Counted from the whole stretch's first letter, positions 14,356 to 27,629 are shown. The stretch: 63,421 nt of DNA, filler included, from Octopus bimaculoides (GCF_001194135.2; 4 parts of 3 records of this genome joined end to end with filler, not necessarily neighbours in it), one strand, 5' to 3'. Made by a program: numbers and translations. Notes: a model not told the origin generated them from the sequence alone.

Positions 14356-15094
14356 CTATATATATATGTGTGTGTATATGTATGTATGCATGCATACATG
14401 TATGCGTGTATGTATGTATACATAAGTGCATATATTCATACACGAATACACACATACACATATATGCAAATTCCTATTATGAGGACATGTTTTGCAGCGA
14501 GTAAACTATTAAAACCACTAAAGATCAAAATGTCTCTATGTTTATTTTCGAAGATATTCTGTTCTTCAGGCATAAACCAATATTTAATTAAAACATATGC
14601 CGCTTCATTCAACCCCCCACCCCCGCCAATCAATCTTATATATCATACTGCAGCAATTTCGTTACTTATGTTCACTGTTATAGTTATTTCTCAGTGATTG
14701 ATTGCTCGAAAGCAAGCGCAACCTTTGAATATTATTTCTCAGTACTTCATATGTATTTTGTTGCAGTGGAGAACATAATTGATGATCACATTTAAGAAGA
14801 AGAATTATAAAATATTGAGAAAAATTCCAATAAAACTATTTTTGTTTTCATTATTCAGGTTTCAGTTAATTTTTTTAGATTTATCTCCCATAAGTTTTGC
14901 TGCGTTAATGCAAAACTTCATTGTGAAGGATTTTGAAAAGTTTTGCAATAATATACGGTTGATGTATCATATCATGTAAAGACACAAACTATACGTTAAG
15001 TTACAACAAATACACAGTCGGCACCTTGGTTTAATAGTTACAGCCTAATATCATAATTGTAGAAAATCTTTACCCCCACCACAAACCACAATCA

Positions 15095-15663
<569 letters not shown>

Positions 15664-15803
15664 TTTCTTCTTTTCTCTTACCCCCTCCTCTCGCCCACCT
15701 ACATCGTTCTCTCCCGATTCGCACTCGACCTATTTCATGTCGTTTCCTCTGCTTTTAGTTTCTCTTCTTCTCCTCCACCATCTATCCTCCAACCCCTTTC
15801 GCT

Positions 15804-15839
<36 letters not shown>

Positions 15840-16576
15840 GCCTTTTCAAACATCGCATAATTTCCTAATCCTCTTCCTCTTCCTCTATATTCCTCTCATC
15901 AACGTTCCCACATCTAAGAAAGCACATAGATGCTCCGTATTTCATAATGAATAAATAAATAAATTTCATATTTCATAAAATATTTCATAATAAAAAAAAA
16001 TATTAATCAATGATAACATTCTGTTCCGTGCTTACTTAATTTCTATCATTAAACAAGTAAAATTTACATATCAGCAAAATGAACATGAATTCTGAATGCG
16101 GTCTACACCCGTTAAATTGTATCGTCTGAGATGATTGAGTATCTGTGCAACTTTTTTAAAAATCGGCAATTATTGGATCACATGAAATTAAATTCATTCC
16201 CAAGCAAATAAGCAAATAACCAAAGAAAAGAAATATTAACGTTGATTGTAATTACGTTAACTGTTACGGAATATCTTTGCAAAATGTTAACTGTATTCTC
16301 TTCATCCATTAATAAATATGCAGAGAATGTTTTGTGTGAGGTTACGTATATTTACGGATTTAGAATTCGTTGTTTTCGGCGTTGATGTATTTTCATGGAG
16401 TTACATTTGAGTTCTATCTCATTTCAGCATATTTTAAAATATGTTCAACAGAATGTAATTTTAAGCGATAAATTATACATACAATGCCTCCGTGGATCAA
16501 GATAAATGATAACACACACAAACACCAGCACACACACACACATATATATCTTTATACATATATATATATATATATA

Positions 16577-16676
16577 NNNNNNNNNNNNNNNNNNNNNNNN
16601 NNNNNNNNNNNNNNNNNNNNTTAATTAATTAANNNNNNNNNNNNNNNNNNNNNNNNNNNNNNNNNNNNNNNNNNNN
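16577..16676. other. Assembly scaffold-join spacer (N44-TTAATTAATTAA-N44)
   Basis: Exactly 100 bp; identical structure at 46880-46979 and 56724-56823. Confidence 0.95.
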
Positions 16677-17334
16677 AATTACCGAAGTGACGTCAGTAGT
16701 AAAAGGGACAGTGAGGGTGGGGGAGGTGAGGGTAGTGTCGGTGGGGACAGTAACAGTAGCACGGTGGGGCGGAGGGTGTTGGCAGTGGGTGTGGTCGGGT
16801 TGGTGACGATAAGGGTGGTGGTGATGACGGTGGTGCTGGTGGTGGCGGCGGTGGTGCCGATAGTTTTTGAGCAATGACAGTGGTGGTGATGGTGGTGACG
16901 TTTCTGATTGTGGTAGTGGTGGTTGTAGTAGAGGCGTAGACTTTTGGTAGTAGTGGTATGATGGTGTTGGTAATTGTAGTGGTGCTGGTGGTAGTAGCGA
17001 TGGTGTCAGCACTGGTGGTGGTGGTGATGGTGGTGGTGNNNNNNNNNNNNNNNNNNNNNNNNNNNNNNNNNNNNNNNNNNNNNNNNNNNNNNNNNNNNNN
17101 NNNNNNNNNNNNNNNNNNNNNNNNNNNNNNNNNNNNNNNNNNNNNNNNNNNNNNNNNNNNNNNNNNNNNNNNNNNNNNNNNNNNNNNNNNNNNNNNNNNN
17201 NNNNNNNNNNNNNNNNNNNNNNNNNNNNNNNNNNNNNNNNNNNNNNNNNNNNNNNNNNNNNNNNNNNNNNNNNNNNNNNNGCTTACGCTGTTATATGGCC
17301 GCACAAAATACATATATTTTCGTCGTTGCTTTTA

Positions 17335-17392
<58 letters not shown>

Positions 17393-17526
17393 TAATGTGT
17401 TTGGTGCCAATCAGAATGATAGGAATGGCCAAGCGGAAAATTGTTGAAGGCTTATAGTGGTTCAAAAATATACATAAACAAATAAATGAATGAATGAATA
17501 AATAAATAGATAAATAAACAAACAAA

Positions 17527-17557
<31 letters not shown>

Positions 17558-17827
17558 ATAGATAGAAGGTATCATTTTTGTTGTTTTGTTGCTGTTTTGT
17601 TGTTGTTGTTGTTGTTGTTGTTGCTTTTTTTGTGCCAGCCGACACTCCAAGACCCGGGATTCTTGTTCTTCCATTGGCTCAATCATGTAAACCGGATACG
17701 TGAGGTCACAACCTGATTGGATCCAAAACAACAATTTCGCTTCAAATCAGTTCCTTGTTGTCACCATCGTTTTTATTATATAATTAATTTAGCCGGCCAG
17801 ACATTTATGACTCTATGTCTGCTAATG

Positions 17828-18122
17828 CATGCATGAATGCATGTATGTATGTATGTATGTATGTATGTATGTATGTATGTATGCATGTATGCATGTATGT
17901 ATGTGTGTATGTATGTATGCATGCATGCATGTATGTATGTATTTATGTATGTATGAATGTATGTGTATCTATGTATTCATGCATGTATGTATGAATGTAT
18001 GAAGGCATGCATGAATGTGTGTATGTATGCATATTTGTATGTATGTATGTATGTATGTATGTATGTATATTTGTATGTATGTATGTATGTATATTTGTAT
18101 GCTTTGCTTTATGTATGTATTC
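17828..18122. repeat. (TATG)n microsatellite
   Basis: Degenerate TATG/CATG run flanking the 3' end of the LINE fragment. Confidence 0.92.
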
Positions 18123-18162
18123 TCATGCATATAGTTGCGTATGTAGATAAGCTCATATATAT

Positions 18163-18884
18163 TTAAATGATAAACTTCTGGAAAGTTTTACAGATTTTTA
18201 CAGTTCCAGTGATAGATTGGATCTGTAGTCTTCGAATCAGATTTCTCCTTTCTAGTTTTGAAAAGCTTGATTTCTCAAGATTGGTATTTAGGTAATGTGT
18301 TACATATCCTACGGCCCCAATATTTACAGGTATAAACCTGAACTTGTAATCTGGATAGAGTAACTGCAGATTTCTCAATAGTCCAGCGTAGGTATTCTCT
18401 TTTTCACTGATCTTCAGCCTTATGTTAAGATCCGCTGGGCAGCTAATTTCCACAACTGTACACAGTTTCTCTTCTCTATCCCAAATCATTAAATGAGGTC
18501 TGCCGTGCTTACATTTTATTTAGAACTTCACAGGTACATTCCACCAGTACTCCTTTTTGTTATGAGGGGCTATGGCTTCTACCATACTGTGTGTTCTTAT
18601 TTCTTTGTACTCGTGGTTATCTTTCCGACGGATTTCATTATAGAGTGTCTTAGCTATATCATGTCTCATCGACAGATATAACCGTGATATCATTTTCGGA
18701 CAACTGCTTATGATGTGGGTGATATCTTTGGTGTTAACTCCACAAAGTTTGCATCGGTTGTCACATTTTACTGCTTTTCCTGCATCCCTTTTGTGCATCA
18801 GGTACTTTGTTGATATTTCCTGTTCCTGGAGTGCAAACGTATACCTTTCAATTGGTCCATGATAGACTGCTTTCATGATCAATG
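18163..18884 (-). mobile_element. RLE-type (R4/NeSL-like) non-LTR retrotransposon 3' fragment
   Basis: ORFs give CCHC knuckle RCKLCGVNTKDITHIISSC, RHD motif, YWWNVPV, and IWDREEKLCTVVEISCPAD...FIPVNIGAVG...TGTVKICKTF. Confidence 0.88.
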
Positions 18885-18918
18885 TTATGTATGTATGTAT
18901 ATATGTATTATGTATGCA

Positions 18919-19302
18919 GTGGAGGCGCAATGGCCCAGTGGTTAGGGCAGCGGACTCGCGGTCATAGGATCGCGGTTTCGATACCCAGACCGGGCGTTGT
19001 GAGTGTTTATTGAGTGAAAACACCAAAAGCTCCACGAGGCTCCGGCAGGGGATGGTGGCGAACCCTGCTGTACTCTTTCACCACAACTTTCTCTCACTCT
19101 TACTTCCTGTTTCTGTTGTGCCTGTAATTCAAAAGGTCAGCCTTGTCACACTGTGTCACGCTGAATATCCCCGAGAACTACGTTAAGGGTACACGTGTCT
19201 GTGGAGTGCTCAGCTACTTGCACGTTAATTTCACGAGCAGGCTGTTCCGTTGATCGGATCAACTGGAACCCTCGACGTCGTAAGCAACGGAGTGCCAACA
19301 AC
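18919..19302 (+). mobile_element. tRNA-derived SINE family A (~385 bp), full length with 12-bp TSD
   Basis: A box TGGCCCAGTGG, B box GGTTTCGAT, CAA tail; TSD ATTATGTATGCA at 18907-18918 and 19303-19314. Confidence 0.93.
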
Positions 19303-19471
19303 ATTATGTATGCATGTATAGACACGCGTATGTCGGCGTGATGATGGTTTGGGGTTCAGTACGGCCTGGTACCTTAGTCAAGTTCCTTCTATTATAAACC
19401 CGGGCCGACCAATGCCTGGACAATGAAGTTGGGAGATAAACCCGTACGGAAGCCTGTCATGTGTGTAGTAA

Positions 19472-19510
<39 letters not shown>

Positions 19511-20659
19511 CATACGTACATGCCTCTTTTGAATTCCCATACACATACATGTACGCACATGATTCCACTAACTGGATTATGTGATTAATCAATTAAATCG
19601 CTGCCTAGTGTTTGATTTCTGCTTATCTTACTGACCCCGGCATGATGAAATCAAAGTTAACTCTAGCGTGATTTGAACTCAGAATATCAGAATGCAAACA
19701 GCCGTAACTGAATAGCACATGGCATATTTTCCGACACTCTTACGATTCTACCAACCAATCATCGCCCTGAATGAATCCAATAACGGAACTACTTGCCTCG
19801 AACTTTCGTCTGTTCAATTGCTACAACGTTTTCACCCATTTGAATTTCACCGCTTTTAACCTGCTATGTGAACAGGAAGAGATTCTCAAGGGAACTTAGA
19901 TGGACTCATATTCCAAGAAATGGCATATGAGTGATTGTGAAAAGCTAGAATGATGTGTGAGACGTCTGGGTCTTAAGAGACTCTGTATTTGACATGGACC
20001 ATAATTTGGTTTGAACTAAATTATATTTCAAAGTAAGACTCAAATTTAGAAAGCAGAATTTTAATTCTTAAAAATGGTTGATGTTGCAAAGCTAAGGTTC
20101 CTTGAATGATACAAATAAAAGGATGCCTTCAAGAAACAAGGGAGACCAAATTTGGTATGGGTCACCAAATTTAGAGGTTACAATGTCCAAAAGACGACAA
20201 TAAAAAACATGTTGAATGTTTATTACCTTTCTTTAGAAATTTATGTAAACAACATCAAAGCGATGATTTTGGGTCCAGTATAAAACTTTTAAGTCGAATT
20301 TACAGAAAGAAATGAAACGCACAAAATCAGGACAAAGGATGGTGAAACTCTTATTATTTCAGGTTCAAGTATGATTCTTTGACTGTGGCAAGAGTATTTA
20401 GTGGTGTGTTAAATTATCAAGCAATGGTCTTTGGTTCTAGCCCTTTTAAATTCTAGTCACGGACCACACGAGGCGCAGCCAGTTCCAGCGACAACGCCAG
20501 ACGACAACACCCGCCCAACAGCAACATGCCCAGGTTTCAACACAGCACTGTTCATAAATTACTTCACCATGGACCAACAGCAAAGATACAACCTGCGAAT
20601 CAAGCGACAACACCCGTCCAACAGCATTACAGCAACCTCCTTCTTCGTAGACCAACAGC

Positions 20660-20730
<71 letters not shown>

Positions 20731-21013
20731 CGACAGGCTTCTTTCAGATGTTGTCTGCCAAATCCACTTATAAGTCATTGGTCGGCTTGGTGTTATAGCA
20801 GACGACAGTAGACCAAAGTACTTGATAGCGAAAATGTAACTAGAATTTAGAAATTGTGTATATACTTTCTGAAAAATGCAGTTGTTATTGTTGTAAAATT
20901 GACACTTTGATATTAATATTCAAATTATGTACTTTGTCTGTTTTGTTTTGTTTGTAAATCAGGGACATAGAAGTTTTTGAATAAAAATGTGTCCGACAAA
21001 TTTTGCATTAGTA

Positions 21014-21398
21014 TAAGCATGGCTGTGAGATTAAGAACCTCGCTTTCCAGCTACATGGTTTTGGGTTCAATCCCTCTTCATGGCCAGTGTTTCCTACTTT
21101 CCCGAACCGTCCAAAGTCTTCTTCACGAATTTGGTAATTAGAAACTGTATGGAAGCCCATCGTATAAATATGCATGTATATGTCTATACGCCTTTGTGCT
21201 TACGTTTGCCAACTCACTCACACCATTTGATAATCGATGTTGGTTTGTTCACATTCCCTTAACCTAGCGGTTTGGCAAGGGATTCAATAGAATAAGCACC
21301 GGATTTTAAAATCAGATTAGGATCGATTTGTTCGGCTAAAACACTTCAAGGCGATGCCCAATCATGGCCGCAGCTTAATGACTGAAACAAGTAAAAGA
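21014..21398 (+). mobile_element. SINE family B, diverged copy
   Basis: Head ATGGCTGTG...GGGTTCAATCCC and tail CATGGCCGCAG...GACTGAAACAAGTAAAAGA match the 39331 copy. Confidence 0.75.
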
Positions 21399-22920
21399 TC
21401 AAATCTCTCTTGAAGAGAGTATATGAGTAATATTGCAGCTGGATGATTACTGAATGTTGGCAGCAGAGAATCTTTCTTACGACGTAGCTGATAGAGATGG
21501 ATCATAATACAATTCCAAAGGCTTCTATTCTGTGGAGACGAATGACTTGAGAAGAGAACACTTACAAACCGAAGTTACGAGACAGGAACAGTTTTAATTT
21601 GATCTGAGAAAAGTTAATAGTTATACAAAGAGTTCGTGCATTCTCAAGAAAATCAAATTAAACACGTAAAACTGAAATAAGAGAAATATATACAGTACAA
21701 AGAAATCAAATACCAATCCCTTTAAAAGGGCAACCATTTTAACTGTAGGAGAATCACCATCCCACTACACCTGCACATTCAAAGCAGTTTACCTTCAGCA
21801 ACAACACACCTTGATAAACTCAGTGACTACTACTAAATCCAAGCCACGACAGACAGAGATGTTCTTAAAGCCGAGGATTTGAACTTAGGAAGCAATATTT
21901 ACACATCGTCTGGGAAAACACAACTAGATCACATAATGCAAGGAAACGGTGTAATAATCAACCTGGAAAACTTAGTGGTCATCCCTACTTATACACATGT
22001 AATACAATTTTTCTGAATTTTCAGATTTTTTATATGCTAGGCCACTTGGTTTTAAATTGAATTAATATTCAATTTAGCACTCTCTATATATAAATAATAA
22101 TTTAAATAATTATGTTCTCCAGCCGGCAACATATACTGCAATGAATTATTCTCTGCAGAATTGTTTCCGGAATTTGGCGCGCCACAGCTGAGACATTTTG
22201 AAAAATAAACCCAATGTAATCGGTTCAGTTCCAGTGTGTGGCACCTTGGGCAAATGTCTTCTAAAATAGCGTCGAGCCGACCAAAGCTTAGTGCTGAACT
22301 CTATAGCGGAAATTGAAAGAAACTCCTCGTGTGTGTGTGTGTGTGTGTGTGTTTGTTTTCCCCTCCCACTTCTACTTGACAACCGGCATTGGTGTTTTNN
22401 NNNNNNNNNNNNNNNNNNNNNNNNNNNNNNNNNNNNNNNNNNNNNNNNNNNNNNNNNNNNNNNNNNNNNNNNNNNNNNNNNNNNNNNNNNNNNNNNNNNN
22501 NNNNNNNNNNNNNNNNNNNNNNNNNNNNNNNNNNNNNNNNNNNNNNNNNNNNNNNNNNNNNNNNNNNNNNNNNNNNNNNNNNNNNNNNNNNNNNNNNNNN
22601 NNNNNNNNNNNNNNNNNNNNNNNNNNNNNNNNNNNNNNNNNNNNNNNNNNNNNNNNNNNNNNNNNNNNNNNNNNNNNNNNNNNNNNNNNNNNNNNNNNNN
22701 NNNNNNNNNNNNNNNNNNNNNNNNNNNNNNNNNNNNNNNNNNNNNNNNNNNNNNNNNNNNNNNNNNNNNNNNNNNNNGAGAACAAAACGTTTTCAGTGAA
22801 TAAGCATGACCTATTCTGCTTACGTTGCGATTGTTCTCAAGATCTAAGAATATTCATGGCAAAAACAGACATGTTTTGGCAATTTTCTTACCATGCAAAT
22901 GAAACGGTGCAGCAATCAGA

Positions 22921-23146
22921 ATTAATATCGGCTTCAAATTTTGGCACAAGGCCAGCATTTTCAGAGAAGAGGTAAAGTCGATTACATCGAACCCAGTGTT
23001 CAAATGATACGTATTTGATCGACCCCGAAAGGAGTGAAAAGACAAAGTCGACCTCGGCAGAATTAGAACTCAGAGCATAAAGACCGACGAAATGTCGCTA
23101 AGCATTTTGCCCGGCGTGCTAACGATTCTGCCAGCTCGCCGCCTTG
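22921..23146 (-). mobile_element. SINE family C
   Basis: Reverse complement of the family C head, body and tail. Confidence 0.88.
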
Positions 23147-23384
23147 CTTAAGATAGTTATAGTGGTTTCAAATTTTGACACAATGCCAGCAATATCCAAT
23201 ATTAGAGGATTGATAGTAAAGCACTTGAAACTTGAAACCGCGGGATGACGGCGAAGCTTCTAGTGAACTCTTTATTCAGCATTTAACTTATTTTGTAAGG
23301 ATCTACATAGAGTGATCTCCCTTCCTTCCAAGAATTGTCTCATTTTGTACAGCAGACAGGTTATTTTCTCTTTAATGATTCTGG

Positions 23385-23729
23385 GTGGAGGCGCAATGGC
23401 CCAGTGGTTAGAGCAACGGACTCGTGGTCATAGGATCGCGGTTTCGATTCTCAGACCGGGCGTTGTGAGTGTTTATTGAGCGAAAACACCTAAAGCTCCA
23501 CGAGGTTCCGGCAGGGGATGGTGGCGAACCCTGCTGTACTCTTTCACCACAACTTTCTCTCACTCTTACTTCCTGTTTCTGTTATGCCTGTAATTCAAAG
23601 GGTCAGCCTTGTCACACTGTATCACGCTGAATATCCCCGAGAACAACGTTAAGGGTACACGTGTCTGAGGAGTGCTCAGCCACTTGCACGTTAATTTCAC
23701 GAGCAGGCTGTTCCGTTGATCGGATCAAC
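23385..23729 (+). mobile_element. SINE family A, 3'-truncated
   Basis: Near-identical to 18919-19302 up to GATCGGATCAAC. Confidence 0.92.
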
Positions 23730-24260
23730 GACAATGATTCTGTAGAACACTTAAGGGTTAATTCTTTTCTGCATTATTTACAACCCGGGTCTCCTTTATT
23801 TCCCTCATTTTCAAGGAAGTATTTTNNNNNNNNNNNNNNNNNNNNNNNNNNNNNNNNNNNNNNNNNNNNNNNNNNNNNNNNNNNNNNNNNNNNNNNNNNN
23901 NNNNNNNNNNNNNNNNNNNNNNNNNNNNNNNNNNNNNNNNNNNNNNNNNNNNNNNNNNNNNNNNNNNNNNNNNNNNNNNNNNNNNNNNNNNNNNNNNNNN
24001 NNNNNNNNNNNNNNNNNNNNNNNNNNNNNNNNNNNNNNNNNNNNNNNNNNNNNNNNNNNNNNNNNNNNNNNNNNNNNNNNNNNNNNNNNNNNNNNNNNNN
24101 NNNNNNNNNNNNNNNNNNNNNNNNNNNNNNNNNNNNNNNNNNNNNNNNNNNNNNNNNNNNNNNNNNNNNNNNNNNNNNNNNNNNNNNNNNNNNNNNNNNN
24201 NNNNNNNNNNNNNNNNNNNNNNNNNNNNNNNNNNNNNNNNNNNNNNTACTGAGGTGGGGG

Positions 24261-24481
24261 TAAGGTGGAGAGCTGGCAGAATCGTTAGCACGCCGGGCGA
24301 AATGCTTAGCGATATTTCGTCTGCCGCTACGTTCTGAGTTCAAATTCCGCCGAGGTCGACTTTGCCTTTCATCCTTTCGGGGTCGATAAATTAAGTACCA
24401 GTTGCTTACTAGGATCGATCTAACCGACTGGTCCCCTTCTCCAAAAGTCCGGGCTTTGTACCTAGAGCAGAAAAGAATATT
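24261..24481 (+). mobile_element. SINE family C, young copy
   Basis: GAGCTGGCAGAATCGTTAGCACGCCGGGCGAAATGCTTAGC...GAGTTCAAATTCCGCCGAGGTCGAC. Confidence 0.9.
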
Positions 24482-25955
24482 GAGGCGGGGATAAGGTGAC
24501 CAGCTGGCAGAAACGTTATATTACCATGTGGTTCGTAAGCAAGCTATTTACCACACAGCCACTCCTGCGCCTATGTTTCGTAACTTTTTCTATTATAAAG
24601 ACATAAGGACGGTATAGTGTGAGAGCGGCTGCAGTTTTCTGGTCACCGTTGCGACTGAGACCTCCATTGAAACGTCACTTAGTTAAAGTCATGTCCCTCA
24701 TTGATCACTGATAAATATAAGAATAACTTTGCATTCTTGTGTGTTTGTTTTTTTTTGTTTTGTTTTTTTTTGTCTTTGCTTTTTATTTTTTGGTGGTGGG
24801 GTATTTTTCTTTTCCTTCCCTATTTCATTCTTTCTCTAAAGGAATAGAGAAAGAGAAACAATAGTTATGCTTTCCCATGAAACAATATTTCCAGCTAGTC
24901 TCACGATTCAACACTGAAGCTTCTAAACGCTCAACATGCAGGAAACGGAAACGAAATCTCCCTCATAGCACGAACTAACGGCTTAAATAATAAACGACTG
25001 GGTCACCTTTTATCATAGGACCTTCTGAATCAGAGCTAATATGACGGCAAAACAACAAGAACCAAGTTGACTTCGAACCAGTGACAGAAAGGCTCAGAGC
25101 TCTCGGTCGACACGTTAACAGCAAGAACCAAATCCCATCCTATTATTTTACATAAGGAAATGACACATTGGATAATGTAAATAACGTGCTCCTATATTTT
25201 ACAAAACGATGAGATAATAAATATATTACATAAACTACGTGAAAAACCGCTCTGAGGTTGTTGTTCAAAGTAGAAAATATAAATATGATATATGTATAGT
25301 ATTGGCCAGATTAGATGACTCACATTTAAAGTGTCGTCCTGTTGTCTCGGTTTTTGATGCGTTTTTCTAACAAATTATGTCATTGGATTCTATCGTCATT
25401 TTGATTGGTTCATTGTAACATGCAGATTAGTGTGAAAAAAATTGTATTTATCAATGCCAATGAGAATCAGTGCAATGATCAAAAGCAAAGATGTCCGCAT
25501 CCCATTTGAAGTGTGAATATACTGGGTGGTTAAAACCAAATGTGTTGTCCTTATTGAAATATCTTTTCAAGAAATCACTTATATCTTATTAGTAATTCTT
25601 TTGAGCCGTCAAAAAAAGAAAACATCTAAAAGATAAAACCTAGTGAGTCATGCATCCGCTTGGTCTCATAGTCAAGTGGTAGACTCCCGGTTATATGATC
25701 GTGGGTTCCGTTCCCAGTCATGGCGGTTCGATGTGTCCTGAAGCAAGATATTTCTTTTCGCGTTTAGTGTACTTGATTGAAACTTAGTATTAGATAATGC
25801 TGACATCGACCTCATAACTTGAAGTTCGGCTAGATCCCGACTGCGAAGGCCGAGAATGCGTTTATACCAGTTCGCAATTACATAGACACATGAAACACTT
25901 AGCCAAAGCGTGGTACACGGTATTAAGTATTACTCGCTTGCGAGTGACGACTATG

Positions 25956-25997
<42 letters not shown>

Positions 25998-26316
25998 CAT
26001 ATATATATTTATATATATACATGCTTACATACACATATATATTCACAGGCATATACATGCGTGTATNNNNNNNNNNCAAATGACTGACACAAGTAAAAGT
26101 ATGTGCAGATTTGTATGGTTTGCATTATGTATGTATGTATGTATGCATGTATGTATGTATGTATGTATGTATGTATGTATGACATTTTCTACAACGTAAA
26201 TAAATGGAATGAGACACACTTCAAGTATTATTGCGTTTTAAGATCAATCGTTATTGCTTCCAAAGAAAAGCACCTGCTTATTGTCCTATAAAATTACCAC
26301 AAACATGCAATTTGCT

Positions 26317-26464
26317 CATTGTTTACATTATTTACATTTGACGGATATTTGTCCTCATCTTGTTTGTTGTTAACACAACATTTTGGTTGATATACCCTCC
26401 AGCCTTTATCAAGTGTCTTGGGGAAATTTCGAATCTGGGTTCTCATTCCTAAGGTATTTTTCAA

Positions 26465-26536
<72 letters not shown>

Positions 26537-26612
26537 CATTCAGGTCACTGCCTGGAATCGGACTCGGAATCTTGGGGTTAGTAGCCCGCACTCTTAACCA
26601 CTAGGCCATATG
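26317..26612 (-). mobile_element. tRNA-headed SINE with internal (AAT)n and a hammerhead-containing 3' body (family HH-1)
   Basis: Minus strand reads GCATATGGCCTAGTGG (A box)...GAGTCCGATTCC (B-box-like), then (AAT)n, then a body with a degenerate hammerhead at 26372-26417 and a (TAAATAATG) tail. Confidence 0.8.
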
Positions 26613-26617
26613 CCCAA

Positions 26618-26663
26618 GACACCTGATGAAGGCTGGAGGGTATATCAGCCGAAACGTTGTGTT
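26618..26663 (+). ncRNA. Minimal type I hammerhead ribozyme, canonical core, in an inverted duplication of the SINE 3' body (26613-26727)
   Basis: GACAC-CTGATGA-A-GGCTG(gagggtatat)CAGCC-GAAA-CG-T-T-GTGTT: stem I GACAC/GTGTT, stem II 5 bp, palindromic AACGTT at stem III, GUU cleavage triplet. Confidence 0.8.
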
Positions 26664-27151
26664 AACAACAAACAAGATGAGGACAAATATCCGTCAAATG
26701 TAAATAATGTAAATAATGTAAATAATGCACGTAATTCCTCATCTCTTAAATATAGAACTGTATGCAATTTGCTGTTATGAAATAATAGTACATCGTATGT
26801 AATATTGGAGTCATAGATAAATCCAAAGTCACGTAACCAAGTACACACTTGCAATCCTACTGTTGTTAAATTCCCACATTTAAAAATCAAAATCTTTCAA
26901 AAGTTACTACAAGGTTTCAAAAATCATCAAATAAAATAAAATTTATTGTTTCATATTTAACTTTATTCATAGTTCTAAAATAGTCAGGTTTCAGTCTGAT
27001 ATATAGAGAAGTTTGATCAAAATAAAGTTAAAAATATGAATGAATAAATTATTTTTTATCGTTCTTGCTATCTGAAATTTCTTAGTAACCTTTTCAAGAT
27101 ATGTTTTAAAAGAGGAATTATAATAATGTCATTCTTCTAATAAATGGTGAA

Positions 27152-27352
27152 TAAGGCAGCGATCTGGCAGAATCGTTACCAACCCAGACCCTTGCTTAGC
27201 GGCATTTACTCTAGATATTCTTTCTGAGTTCAAATACCCGCGGGGTCAACGTAGCCTTTCATCCTTTTGGTTGTCGATAAAATAAGCACCAGTTGAGCAA
27301 TGGAGTCAATGTACTCCTAAATTGCTGGCGTTGTGCTAGATTTGAAACCAAA
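27152..27352 (+). mobile_element. SINE family C, diverged
   Basis: Head and body motifs as in other family C copies. Confidence 0.8.
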
Positions 27353-27442
27353 ATAAGTTTGTTTTTTTACATCATAAATAGACTCAAGCATTTTGTTCAA
27401 CGTACTGTAGTGCAAAGAATGTAAGTAATTCTTTCAACTATA

Positions 27443-27629
27443 GACACAAGGCTTGAAATTTTCAGGGTGAGGGCTAGTCGATAATATCGACTCCGGTACC
27501 CAACTGGATATTATTTCATTGGCCCCGAAAAATGAAAAGCAAAGTCGACCTCAGCAGTGTTTGAATTCTGAGCAACAAGACGGACAAAATGCCACTAATT
27601 ACTAAAGACACTGCCATTTTGCCGCCTTA
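27443..27629 (-). mobile_element. SINE family C, diverged, opposite orientation to the 27152 copy
   Basis: Reverse-complement family C motifs (AAAGTCGACCTC...GCCGCCTTA). Confidence 0.78.

Noticed and set aside
16577-16676. TTAATTAATTAA palindrome recurring at 16621, 46924 and 56768
   Set aside because: Always centred in exactly 44+44 Ns (100 bp total) and gives stops in all frames: an artificial scaffold linker, not biology.
17462-17734. PolyQ-containing ORF as a coding exon
   Set aside because: PolyQ comes from a (CAA)n tract, the frame runs on into (TAAA)n, and there is no donor site.
18919-19000. tRNA genes at SINE heads (families A, B, C and 26545-26612)
   Set aside because: A/B boxes run straight into shared SINE bodies with tails and TSDs; no convincing full cloverleaf.
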